Below are positions 1 to 8,561 of a DNA stretch of 64,000 bases, in pieces. The translations under genes were made by a program, and so were the position numbers. Source of the DNA: Candidatus Omnitrophota bacterium (GTDB taxonomy: Bacteria; Omnitrophota; Omnitrophia; Omnitrophales; Aquincolibacteriaceae); contig PLLJ01000039.1 in the NCBI GenBank assembly GCA_003140935.1, positions 76,007-140,006 on the forward strand, read 5' to 3'. Under the pieces are notes generated by a model. It ran no database searches, was not told the DNA's origin, and saw nothing but the letters and a program-made list of their open reading frames with translations. The stretch's first letter is position 1. Each line of letters starts with the position of its first letter.

Positions 1-44
1 CGAAGCATAAGGAAAGGCTTCGTACGATGATCGCACTTAGTTAG

Positions 45-81
45 AAGGGGCACCCCTTGAAAAAGGCGGTGCCCTTTTTTT
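45..81 (+). terminator. Rho-independent terminator after a gene ending at TAG 42-44
   Basis: GGGCACC...GGTGCCC stem followed by a T7 run. Confidence 0.75.
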
Positions 82-260
82 ATTCATGCCTTCGCACCGA
101 ACGACCCGCCCTCCTAAAAAAACAGGCTGCCCCCACGTTCCCGCAAGAGGGGAAAAAGTCAAAATAAAGGGCAAAGACGCCCTGGGCGGGCGCGTCTCCG
201 GCGATTACACTTCGCTTAGTTTCGGTAATTTAAAACAAAATTATAGAGGGGGACGGGGTC

Positions 261-425
261 GTGAAAAGGCAGAGATCAGAAGAAAAAGAAACAAGCGTTT
301 ATCAATGCTGCATTTGTGAAGAAGCATCGAATGATTTCCAAGTATGCTGCGGGCATCCGATGATGGCTATTGAAAGTGAACAAGCGATGGTTTTGGATCT
401 GAAAAAGCAAAGCCGGAGGGAATGA
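261..425 (+). CDS. small Cys-rich metal-binding protein (YxCxxC...CCGxPM), 54 aa
   Basis: GTG start after G-rich RBS; translation includes YQCCICEE...VCCGHPM; below the ORF-track size cutoff. Confidence 0.55.
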   Translation: MKRQRSEEKETSVYQCCICEEASNDFQVCCGHPMMAIESEQAMVLDLKKQSRRE

Positions 426-498
426 AACGTCCGGTTTTTTGAAAAGAGGTCCGAAAGCCGCTTAGGATGAGGAGCTCTGACCTCAGCGCGATACGTGA

Positions 499-1671
499 CT
501 AACTGTGTGGCCGCCGCCAATTGTGGGGATTCTCCCGGAAAAGCGAAGAATCATGAGAACAGGCCTCGGCCTCTTCCTGGGTGATAAGGCCATTCATGAC
601 ACATTCCTTCAGGGCGTCCTTCATCAGGATCATTCCCTGGGCGCGGCTTGTCGATATGACATTGTAGATCTGCACGGCCTGGTTATCACGGATCAGATTG
701 CGGACCGGGGTCGTCACCAGCATGGTCTCGAAGACCGCGATGCGCCCGGAGCCGTCTTTTTTCCTCACCAGCATCTGGGAAACGACCGCTTGAAGCGTCA
801 TGGCCAGCTGGGTTTTTACCTGGCTCTGTTGTATGGGGGGGAAGACATCGATGATGCGGTTGATGGCCTGCACGGCATCGTTGGTGTGAAGCGTCGCAAA
901 GACCAGGTTGCCCGTCTCGGCCGCCGTCAACGCCATGGCGATCGTCTCCAGATCGCGGATCTCTTCGACGACGATCACATTCGGATCTTCCCGGAGCACC
1001 ACGCGTAAGGCGTTCGCGAAAGAACTCGCATCGATCCCGATTTCGCGCTGGCTGAGCATGCTTTGTTTGCCCTTGTGGATGTATTCGATGGGGTCCGAGA
1101 GCGTGACGATGTGCGCGTTCTTGGTCTTATTGATATGGTCCACGAGCGCCGCCAGGGTCGTGCTTTTGCCGCTGCCCGTCGATCCCGCGATCAACACGAG
1201 GCCGTTGGGCAGAGAAGCCAGCGATTGTATAAAAGGGGGCAGCCCGAGCTGCTCCATCGTGGGCGGCGTGGTGGGATTGATACGAAAAGCGCCGCTCAAA
1301 GAATTCAACTGGAAGAAAAAGTTAACGCGGAACCGGTGCGTGAAATTCGGGAGCACGATGGAGCAATCCAGCTGGCGGTTTTCCAAAAGGTTCTTTTTCT
1401 GTTCTGCGGTGAGGAGCAGGTCGACGCAGCGGTTCATGAAAGCGTCCGTGACGGGTTTGACCTGCGTGAAAGGAGCCAGCTGACCGTCGATCCTGAAGAT
1501 CGGGGGGCGTCCCACCTGAAAATGAACGTCCGAGGCCCTCCGGCTTACGGCGCTCTTCAAGATGCCCATCACTTCGTCCCGGTCCTTGGAAGAGAAAGCC
1601 GTTTCCGGAGAAGAGGGTTTCTGAGGCTCTTCCGCTTGGTCTCCCAGAATGTAAACGAGGTCGTCCGCCAT
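499..1671 (-). CDS. pilT: PilT/PilU-family type IV pilus retraction ATPase
   Basis: ASDVHF, Walker A GSTGSGKSTT, LREDPN, TLHTN His box, VRNLIRD; GGAGG RBS before ATG 1671. Confidence 0.9.
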   Translation of the reverse strand: MADDLVYILGDQAEEPQKPSSPETAFSSKDRDEVMGILKSAVSRRASDVHFQVGRPPIFRIDGQLAPFTQVKPVTDAFMNRCVDLLLTAEQKKNLLENRQLDCSIVLPNFTHRFRVNFFFQLNSLSGAFRINPTTPPTMEQLGLPPFIQSLASLPNGLVLIAGSTGSGKSTTLAALVDHINKTKNAHIVTLSDPIEYIHKGKQSMLSQREIGIDASSFANALRVVLREDPNVIVVEEIRDLETIAMALTAAETGNLVFATLHTNDAVQAINRIIDVFPPIQQSQVKTQLAMTLQAVVSQMLVRKKDGSGRIAVFETMLVTTPVRNLIRDNQAVQIYNVISTSRAQGMILMKDALKECVMNGLITQEEAEACSHDSSLFRENPHNWRRPHS

Positions 1672-1806
1672 AAAACCTCCCTTAGATTTCAAGGCTTTAC
1701 ACCGCATTAAAAAGCGAGCGCACAAAAAAGAATGCCTAGAGGAAAAACCGCGGGGAAGCTTTTTAAAACGGGCTTTCTACCGCATAGCATCAGGCTTTCA
1801 AACAAT

Positions 1807-1814
1807 TTATCGGC
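1807..1814 (-). promoter_or_regulatory. sigma28-like -10 box upstream of pilT
   Basis: perfect GCCGATAA on the minus strand; -35 weak. Confidence 0.35.
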
Positions 1815-1943
1815 CCAAAACGGGTTTGCTGAAGCGCGGCGGCTTTCGGAAAGGCGCGCCGGCTTTTGCTTCATTTCATGATGAGGCGGCAAGGCGCTTT
1901 TTGTGATGACCGCTCCTCAAAAACTCTTATAATAAGCCGACTT

Positions 1944-2450
1944 ATGGAAAAACCCCATCACGAACACTTCATGAAAGAAGCCGTCAAGCAGGCGGTGATC
2001 GCGCTTGAGAAGGGCGAAGTGCCGGTGGGGGCGGTGGTGGTCTGGAAGCGGAAGATCGTCGCGCGGGCGTATAATCAAATGGAAATGCTGCATGACCCGA
2101 CAGCGCATGCGGAAATGATCGCGCTGACGCAGGCCTCCGAGACCTTAAGCCAGATGCCGGAAGCGAAGCCGGCCGGAGGGCAAGACCATCGCGGGTCGCT
2201 TGAGGGGGCGACGCTTTACGTAACGCTGGAACCCTGTCCGATGTGCGCCGGAGCGCTCGTGATGACCAAGTGCACGAATCTGGTCTATGGCGCCCATGAC
2301 GCGAAAGCCGGAGCGTGTCACAGCCTTTTCAGGATCACGGAGGACGACCGATTGAACCATCGCGTGAAGGTCACCGGCGGCGTGATGGCCGACGACTCAA
2401 AGTTCTTGCTCGCGGAATTTTTTAAGAATTTGAGAAAGGACAAAAGATAA
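1944..2450 (+). CDS. tadA: tRNA adenosine(34) deaminase
   Basis: GEVPVGAVVV, DPTAHAE, TLEPCPMC motifs. Confidence 0.93.
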   Translation: MEKPHHEHFMKEAVKQAVIALEKGEVPVGAVVVWKRKIVARAYNQMEMLHDPTAHAEMIALTQASETLSQMPEAKPAGGQDHRGSLEGATLYVTLEPCPMCAGALVMTKCTNLVYGAHDAKAGACHSLFRITEDDRLNHRVKVTGGVMADDSKFLLAEFFKNLRKDKR

Positions 2451-2452
2451 AA

Positions 2453-2516
2453 GGGACTCGGTCCTCGGGACACGTGATAAAAAATAATGAGTCCCTAGTC
2501 CCGAGCGACAAGTCCC
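2453..2516. repeat. GGGACTC-heptamer inverted-repeat pair, empty copy
   Basis: left arm gggactcggtcctcgggacacg; right arm gagtccctagtcccgagcgacaagtccc. Confidence 0.75.
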
Positions 2517-2526
2517 TGTAATTCAT

Positions 2527-2613
2527 GGAGAGGTGGCAGAGTGGTTGAATGCGGCAGTCTTGAAAACTGCTAAGTCCGCAAGGGCTTCGGGGGTTCGAAT
2601 CCCTCCCTCTCCG
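2527..2613 (+). tRNA. tRNA-Ser(TGA), CCA not encoded
   Basis: GGAGAGG/CCTCTCC acceptor stem, anticodon arm GCAGT-CTTGAAA-ACTGC, long variable arm, GTTCGAATC T loop. Confidence 0.97.
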
Positions 2614-2685
2614 TTGCTTCTGTAAGCAACGACGGCGTCGTGTTGGCTCAAAGATAGCCCACTACGACGACCGCCGTAAACTTTT

Positions 2686-2793
2686 TGGGAGGATTCGAAG
2701 AGAGCACTGCTTGTAAATATGACGGACGTCATATTTACAGCGCGGGTGGCCTACCGAGTCGCAGGCGAGGAGCCGAATCCCTCCCTCTCCGTT
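2686..2793 (+). repeat. structured element ending in a duplicate of the tRNA-Ser 3' end
   Basis: cgaatccctccctctccgtt at 2596-2615 and 2774-2793; near-complement gggaggattcg at 2686; perfect hairpin tgtaaatatgac/gtcatatttaca. Confidence 0.8.
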
Positions 2794-2896
2794 TTACTTC
2801 TGTAAAACAACGTTGCCGTCGAGGTTCACCCCACAGGGGCGATGAAAAGCATCGAGGAATACCGCGTACGTTATGTTCCCATGAGCAACGATGGCC

Positions 2897-3268
2897 TCAT
2901 GCGGGCGGGCCGATGATGTCTCTAACAAACTGATCCAGCAGGGTTTCCAGGTGGATCGGTTTGGTCAGATATTCCGAAATTCCAAGCGCGCCCATTTTTT
3001 TGACGGTCTCCGGATCCCTGTGGCCGGTGAGGACAACCACGGGCAGGGCGGAAAATTGTTCGCGGATGAGGCTCAGCGCCTCGACCCCATCCATGCCGGG
3101 CATGCCGATATCCAGAAGGACCAGCGACGGAAGATCTCTTTTGATCATGGCAAGGCCGTCGGGACCGTTCAAGGCGTAGGAGGCGGCATACCCCGCGTCA
3201 AAGAGAAACTCGGTCACCATCTTGCAGATCTCAGGCTCATCGTCGATGATCAGGATCTTCTTGGGCAT
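2897..3268 (-). CDS. single-domain response regulator receiver
   Basis: ILIIDDE, LLDIGMP, YLTKP. Confidence 0.92.
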   Translation of the reverse strand: MPKKILIIDDEPEICKMVTEFLFDAGYAASYALNGPDGLAMIKRDLPSLVLLDIGMPGMDGVEALSLIREQFSALPVVVLTGHRDPETVKKMGALGISEYLTKPIHLETLLDQFVRDIIGPPA

Positions 3269-3539
3269 CTCGTCCTCCCGTCCTATAAGACTTCATTATA
3301 AAGCGAAGCCGCTTTCCTCAGAAACAATAATTTCATGATGTTTTGTACCAAAGAGAGCTGACAGCATCGGGCTTTCCGTTTTTCGTGACTCTCCCGCCCC
3401 TATCCAATATTCAAAAATTTTTTTGTATCGCCAATCCATAAGAGGGTTGATAAGATACCCCCGGCTCAGACACCACGGGGCCCACCATAAGCACAGTGTT
3501 ATAAAAAACGCGGAACAAGAAACGAATAAAAAGCATTTC

Positions 3540-4619
3540 ATGAAAACCCTCTACGGCTCCATCCCGGACGAAATAGAATCCTTGGTCGCAGGCCAAGGTC
3601 TTCCCAAATACCGTGCGGTCCAGCTTCTAGATTGGATCTATAAAAAAAACGTTCTTGCTTGGGACGAGATCAGGAACTTGCCGAAGGAGATGATCCAAAA
3701 GCTTTCCGGAGAGATCCGTCTCACCGCGCTTGAACCGGGCGAGGAAAAGAAGGCTGTGGCCGGAGGACCGACAAAATTCCTTTTTAAAACCGCGGATGGG
3801 CATTTTCTTGAAAGCGTTTTGATCTCACGACAGGATTCCTCGGATGACGAGAGCGAAGAGGCCGTTGTTCGGGGAGGGCGCGAGACCGTGTGTGTTTCGA
3901 CGCAGCTGGGATGTAAGATCCAATGCGCGTTCTGCGCGAGCGGACAGGGGAAATTCACGCGCAACCTCACAGCCGGTGAGATCGTCGAGCAAGTCGCAAG
4001 GATCGGTCGCGTGACGGGAAAGAAGATCACCAATGTCGTCTTCATGGGAATGGGAGAGCCGCTCGATAACTTTGACGCCACACTCAGGGCCGTTCACATC
4101 TTGATCGAACCGTGGGGCTTTGCCTTCGGGGCGCGAAGGGTCACGGTCTCGACCTCCGGGATCACTCCGAAGATCCTGGAATTCGTCAAGGCCGTGGACG
4201 GACGCGTCCGGCTTTCCGTATCGCTCCATTCCTCGATCGATGAGGTCCGCAGCTCTCTTGTCCCGATCAACCGCCGCTACCCGCTCAAGGACCTTGTGAG
4301 CGCTTTAAGGAAGATCAATCAGGATTTGAAGCGTGACATCACATTCGAATACACGCTCATCGCGGACCTCAACGACTCGGAGGAAGAAGTCGAAGGGATC
4401 TCCATCATCGCAAAACCGCTCCGGGCCAAGATCAATGTCATTCCTTATAACCCGATCGCGGAATTCCCGCACAAGGCGCCCACCCCCGAAGCCGCGGAGC
4501 GTTTCTGCGAACAGCTCAAGCGGCGCGGCCTTCACGTGACGCTCCGCCAGACCGTGGGCCGCGACATTGATGCTGCGTGCGGGCAGCTGCGGTTGGACCG
4601 CGCACGGCGTACGGCGTAA
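3540..4619 (+). CDS. rlmN: dual-specificity RNA methyltransferase (radical SAM)
   Basis: CVSTQLGCKIQCAFC, MGMGEPL, DIDAACGQL. Confidence 0.95.
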   Translation: MKTLYGSIPDEIESLVAGQGLPKYRAVQLLDWIYKKNVLAWDEIRNLPKEMIQKLSGEIRLTALEPGEEKKAVAGGPTKFLFKTADGHFLESVLISRQDSSDDESEEAVVRGGRETVCVSTQLGCKIQCAFCASGQGKFTRNLTAGEIVEQVARIGRVTGKKITNVVFMGMGEPLDNFDATLRAVHILIEPWGFAFGARRVTVSTSGITPKILEFVKAVDGRVRLSVSLHSSIDEVRSSLVPINRRYPLKDLVSALRKINQDLKRDITFEYTLIADLNDSEEEVEGISIIAKPLRAKINVIPYNPIAEFPHKAPTPEAAERFCEQLKRRGLHVTLRQTVGRDIDAACGQLRLDRARRTA

Positions 4620-4630
4620 GGAGTAATCGC

Positions 4631-5083
4631 TTAATATTGCAAGGGACTCGGGACTCGTTCCTCGGGGCCCGTTTTCTTAAAAGAGCTTTTTCGATCCGCA
4701 ATAGCAGACCGAATTTTTTCCAGAAGCTTTCTGATCATTCTGGATTCATGATCGAGTTTTTCCAGGATCTTTTTAGCACCATCCTGGGTTATCAGCTGTA
4801 ACGGCGTAGCTATCTCGAGTTGCGTTTCGAGTTCGCCACAAGACCCTAGAGCAATGAATAAAAATCTCTTGTAGTCGCTCGAGTATTTTCTATTGAATCC
4901 TTCTGCGATATTGCAAGGAATCGAAACGGCAGCGCGACGCATCTGATCTGCCAGGCCAAACCTCTCTTCCTGAGGGAATGATTTGGTAAGACGGTAAATG
5001 TCCACAACCAAATCTTTCCCCATTTTCCATATAAGCAAATCCCTGAAACTTGAAATAGTCTTTACCTTGCCCTCTTCCGCCAT
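4631..5083 (-). CDS. four helix bundle protein (23S rRNA IVP / Avd-like family)
   Basis: FRDLLIW, FPQEERFGLADQMRRAAVSIPCNIAEG, ALGSCGELETQL. Confidence 0.93.
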   Translation of the reverse strand: MAEEGKVKTISSFRDLLIWKMGKDLVVDIYRLTKSFPQEERFGLADQMRRAAVSIPCNIAEGFNRKYSSDYKRFLFIALGSCGELETQLEIATPLQLITQDGAKKILEKLDHESRMIRKLLEKIRSAIADRKSSFKKTGPEERVPSPLQY

Positions 5084-5153
5084 AACCCCCTCCTTTTTAT
5101 GTTGCTCGCGTTTGATTTAATTTCGAGTCCCGAGGGGCGAGTCCCGAGTCCCG
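4643..5153. mobile_element. heptamer inverted-repeat arms (4643-4671, 5124-5153) bracketing the four helix bundle gene
   Basis: the two arms are near-perfect reverse complements and match empty copies elsewhere in the window; mobility is inferred. Confidence 0.5.
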
Positions 5154-6803
5154 GGCGTCATCCTTTTTGAAGTAAACCCACAAACGATCCAATTCCGGCT
5201 TCTGTTCGTAGATCCGCTCCAGGCGTTTCGAAAAAAACCCGTCCGTCATTCCGTCAAGGAGCGCGGTGAGCTCGTCTATGCGCAGAAGATTTTCGAGGTG
5301 CTCCTGCTCCGAAACGGACGGCGTGAAAATAAGGCCGATCTGAAGGCGCCGCCGCTCGTAGTAAATACGCGTGACCTCAGACAAGAGATCGTTCCGCAAT
5401 TCCACCATCAGTTTCTCTCGCGAATCGATCGAGGTTTGGTCCGAACTGTAGATCATGTCCCCAAGGTCCCAGCCCACGTTCGCATCCCAGCCCTTGCTTA
5501 CATCCTCAGGACCTGTGATGAATTTGCCGCTGTAGGTGCTGACGGAGCTGTTACGATCCAGATTTTTACCGAATGAAAAAGTCGGCAAAAATCCTGCAAC
5601 CCGGGACTCCGCATGCCAGCGTTTGATCTTTCCGTTCGCAACATCGGCGTATTGAATGACGCGTTTATGGATTTCACGGGCCGAAGGCTCTAGCTTTAGA
5701 AGTTCTTTAAAGAGCGCAAGAGTTTCCTCCGGCGGCTGATAGATCGCAAGGGCCGGTCCGGCTTCCGGCGTGAACGGTCCAAGAGGGTATTGAACGAAAC
5801 CTTCCCCCGTGATGGCGAGAAGCTTCTCTTCGTTCAGGACCGAGATGCTTTGCACGCGGTCCCGGGCCAGCCCTTCAAAAAGGCCGGTCCATTTTCGAGC
5901 ATGTTCATCGTAAGCATAGACACCCCGAGGGGTCGCGGCATAAAGAAGGCCCTTTTTTTCTGAATAGGCCAGCTGAAAGACAACGGCGCTTTGCAAGCCG
6001 CTTTGGGAGAGCGGTTCCCAGCGGTGTCCGCTATCGAGGCTTTGGAAGACGCCATTTGCGGTCGCGAGGAACAATGTTTGAGGGTTACGTTTCGAGGCGA
6101 GCAGATCGTGGATCTTGAAAATATAAGAAGAAACATCGACGGACTCGTTGTCGTCTGTTGTCTCCAAGGATTCATCCGAGGTTTTGGGAAGGGCAAAAAT
6201 CTGTTGCGCGGTTTCTCCGTCCAGCGAAAGAAAAAGCGTATTCTCAGTCGCGATAAAGAGGCGTTTTCCTTCAAAAAGAACCAGCGGGACGGGGCTTGGA
6301 CCATGAAGGGCGCGGGAAGCCGACCAGGTTTTTCCGGCATCCGTTGTTTCCCGAAGGCCTTTTTGAGTTCCCAGGAACCAGCGATTGGGGTCTTGGGGAT
6401 GAACCGCGAAGGAAAGCGGCTTTTTCCCTGAGTCTTTGTAGACCACGCGCCAAGAGCGGTCTTTTAAATTTCCCATGAAAACATTCCGGTCCGTGATCGC
6501 AAAAATAATATCCGGCAGAACACCGAAAGAAAATAGCCGCTTGATCGGCGCGCTTGCGTCGGAGTGGGACCAGAGCGGTTGCCACGCGTTCTCTTTTCCA
6601 GCCTCAAAAACCTGTTGCCCGGAAGCGATCAAGAATTTGGAGGCATCAAGCGGATGGGGAACGAGGCAGGTAAGGGCGCCGCCTGACATGGACGGCTGGA
6701 TGGGTTTTTGCCACTCCGCAGGCGCGGGAATCTGGAACCCCAGAATGCAAAGGAGCGATAGCACGACGCTCCAAATCACCAACTTTTTATTTGCTAGAGA
6801 CAT
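5097..6803 (-). CDS. secreted BNR/Asp-box beta-propeller protein with C-terminal helical TolC-like region
   Basis: signal peptide; TTDAGKTW and SLDSGHRW Asp-boxes; C-terminal WDLGD...EVTRIYYERRRLQ...LDGMTDGFF. Confidence 0.7.
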   Translation of the reverse strand: MSLANKKLVIWSVVLSLLCILGFQIPAPAEWQKPIQPSMSGGALTCLVPHPLDASKFLIASGQQVFEAGKENAWQPLWSHSDASAPIKRLFSFGVLPDIIFAITDRNVFMGNLKDRSWRVVYKDSGKKPLSFAVHPQDPNRWFLGTQKGLRETTDAGKTWSASRALHGPSPVPLVLFEGKRLFIATENTLFLSLDGETAQQIFALPKTSDESLETTDDNESVDVSSYIFKIHDLLASKRNPQTLFLATANGVFQSLDSGHRWEPLSQSGLQSAVVFQLAYSEKKGLLYAATPRGVYAYDEHARKWTGLFEGLARDRVQSISVLNEEKLLAITGEGFVQYPLGPFTPEAGPALAIYQPPEETLALFKELLKLEPSAREIHKRVIQYADVANGKIKRWHAESRVAGFLPTFSFGKNLDRNSSVSTYSGKFITGPEDVSKGWDANVGWDLGDMIYSSDQTSIDSREKLMVELRNDLLSEVTRIYYERRRLQIGLIFTPSVSEQEHLENLLRIDELTALLDGMTDGFFSKRLERIYEQKPELDRLWVYFKKDDARDSGLAPRDSKLNQTRAT

Positions 6804-7140
6804 AGGGAAACCTCCATTATTCATAATTATCATATAATATATTCATATTATTCAAATAAGTCAATACCTTGTTTCATTTTTTACATCACCCCTCAGAAAA
6901 CCTCACTGTAGAGGAGCGGGATGCCGTTCATCCCCTCAGGAAAAACTTTTATCAATAGCATAAGTGCCACATAAGAGCTTAAGATAACCATTTTAAAAGC
7001 TCAGAGGTGGCAACTTAAGCCTTTGACAATAACTATTTTCGAACGCGTCTTCTCGTATAAGGTTTGCCTCTAAAGCAACAGATTGCGGCCGATGGTATCT
7101 AGTCAGGTTCACATTGTGCGGGCTGGGCTTTTTTGATATA

Positions 7141-7221
7141 GTCCCCATACTGTCCAATTTCAGAGAAGCGGAAATTGGGGCAATCCAAACTACCATTTAT
7201 ATAAAAAAAATAGAAGTTTGG
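7141..7221. repeat. two-unit palindrome array (related to 19587 and 54052)
   Basis: tcccca...tgggg CAA tccaaact...agtttgga. Confidence 0.7.
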
Positions 7222-7314
7222 ACCGTGCCGCACGCTATCCCGACTTTAAGTCTCTTTAAATCGAGCTCGTCGGGACCGCCCCGCTTTCACTAAAAACGGA
7301 AAGGCATTGGAATT

Positions 7315-8409
7315 ATGGGTTTCAAATGCGGGATCGTCGGTCTGCCGAACGTAGGCAAATCCACCATTTTCAACGCGATCGCCAAGGCACACGCCGCGGC
7401 GTCGAATTATCCTTTCTGTACGATCGAGCCGAATGTGGGCATGGTGCCGGTGCCCGACTCGCGTCTGTGGGAACTGAGCAAACTTTATAATCCTAAAAAG
7501 ACCACGCCCACCACCGTGGAGTTTTATGACATCGCGGGACTTGTCGCCGGCGCTTCCAAAGGAGAAGGTCTTGGCAATCAATTTCTCGGGCACATCAAGG
7601 AAGTTGAGGCCATTCTTCACGTGGTCCGCTGCTTTGAGGATCCCAACATCGTTCACGTTTCAGGCGCGATCGATCCTGCGCGCGATATCGACGTGATCGA
7701 TACGGAACTGTGCCTTAAAGATCTGGATACCATTAACGCGCGCTACGATAAGACCGAAAAGCTTGCCAAGAGCGGTGAAAAGGAATCCAAGGAAAGGATG
7801 CCGGTCTATGAAAAAGTGAAGAAGGCGCTCGAGGACGGTACGCCGCTTCGCAATATCGGTCTTACGGAAGAAGAAAAAAAGCTTGTGAAGGATATGGCGT
7901 TCCTGACGCTCAAGACCGTGCTTTATTGCGCGAATGTGGCGGAAAAGGACCTTCCCGGCGGCGGTCCTTTCGTCGATCTTTTGCGCAAGCGCGCGGCCAG
8001 GGAAGGCGCCGAGGTCGTCGTCATCTCAGGAAAGGTAGAGTCCGAACTGATCGATCTTTCGGAAGAGGACCAAAAGATCTTCTTAAAAGACCTGGGCCTT
8101 GAAGAGCCGGGACTTAACTCGCTTATCCGGACCGGTTATAAGGCGCTTCAGCTCATTACCTATTTCACGGCCGGAGAAAAGGAAGTCCGCGCCTGGACCG
8201 TTCGCAACGGCTCCAAAGCGCCGCAGGCCGCGGGCGTGATCCACTCGGATTTCGAGAGGGGATTCATCCGTGCCGAGGTCATGCGTTATGAGGATCTCAT
8301 CAAATACGGTTCCCAGCTGGCCGTTAAAGAAAAAGGACTTCTTCGCGTCGAGGGAAAGGAATACGAAACCCAGGACGGCGATGTGATGCTTTTTCGATTT
8401 AGCGTCTGA
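7315..8409 (+). CDS. ychF: redox-regulated ATPase YchF
   Basis: GIVGLPNVGKST, NYPFCTIEPN, DIAGLV, GEGLGNQFL. Confidence 0.97.
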   Translation: MGFKCGIVGLPNVGKSTIFNAIAKAHAAASNYPFCTIEPNVGMVPVPDSRLWELSKLYNPKKTTPTTVEFYDIAGLVAGASKGEGLGNQFLGHIKEVEAILHVVRCFEDPNIVHVSGAIDPARDIDVIDTELCLKDLDTINARYDKTEKLAKSGEKESKERMPVYEKVKKALEDGTPLRNIGLTEEEKKLVKDMAFLTLKTVLYCANVAEKDLPGGGPFVDLLRKRAAREGAEVVVISGKVESELIDLSEEDQKIFLKDLGLEEPGLNSLIRTGYKALQLITYFTAGEKEVRAWTVRNGSKAPQAAGVIHSDFERGFIRAEVMRYEDLIKYGSQLAVKEKGLLRVEGKEYETQDGDVMLFRFSV

Positions 8410-8418
8410 GGAAAAAAA

Positions 8419-8505
8419 CGGGACTAGTCTCTCGGGACTAGGGACTCGTTTTGCCCCAAGTCTTTGCCCGACCCAAAAAGGACGAGTCCCGAAGAACGAG
8501 TCCCG
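8419..8505. repeat. heptamer inverted-repeat pair, empty copy
   Basis: cgggactagtctctcgggactagggactcg ... cgagtcccgaagaacgagtcccg. Confidence 0.75.
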
Positions 8506-8525
8506 CGCCGGGGCTTTCGAATAAA

Positions 8526-8554
8526 TTGCCCATCTCACATTGAATGAGTATAAT
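8526..8554 (+). promoter_or_regulatory. sigma70 promoter for cysE, probably leaderless
   Basis: TTGCCC-17 bp-TATAAT, ATG 7 nt downstream, no RBS. Confidence 0.6.
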
Positions 8555-8561
8555 CTGGCGT

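Noticed and set aside
166-210. c-di-GMP-I riboswitch (GGGCAAA)
   Set aside because: Lacks the GAAA-tetraloop P2 stem and the GCAAAG/P3 pattern.
2596-2793. attL/attR of an integrated prophage or island at tRNA-Ser
   Set aside because: Only ~160 bp lie between the copies and there is no integrase; kept as a mini-element finding.
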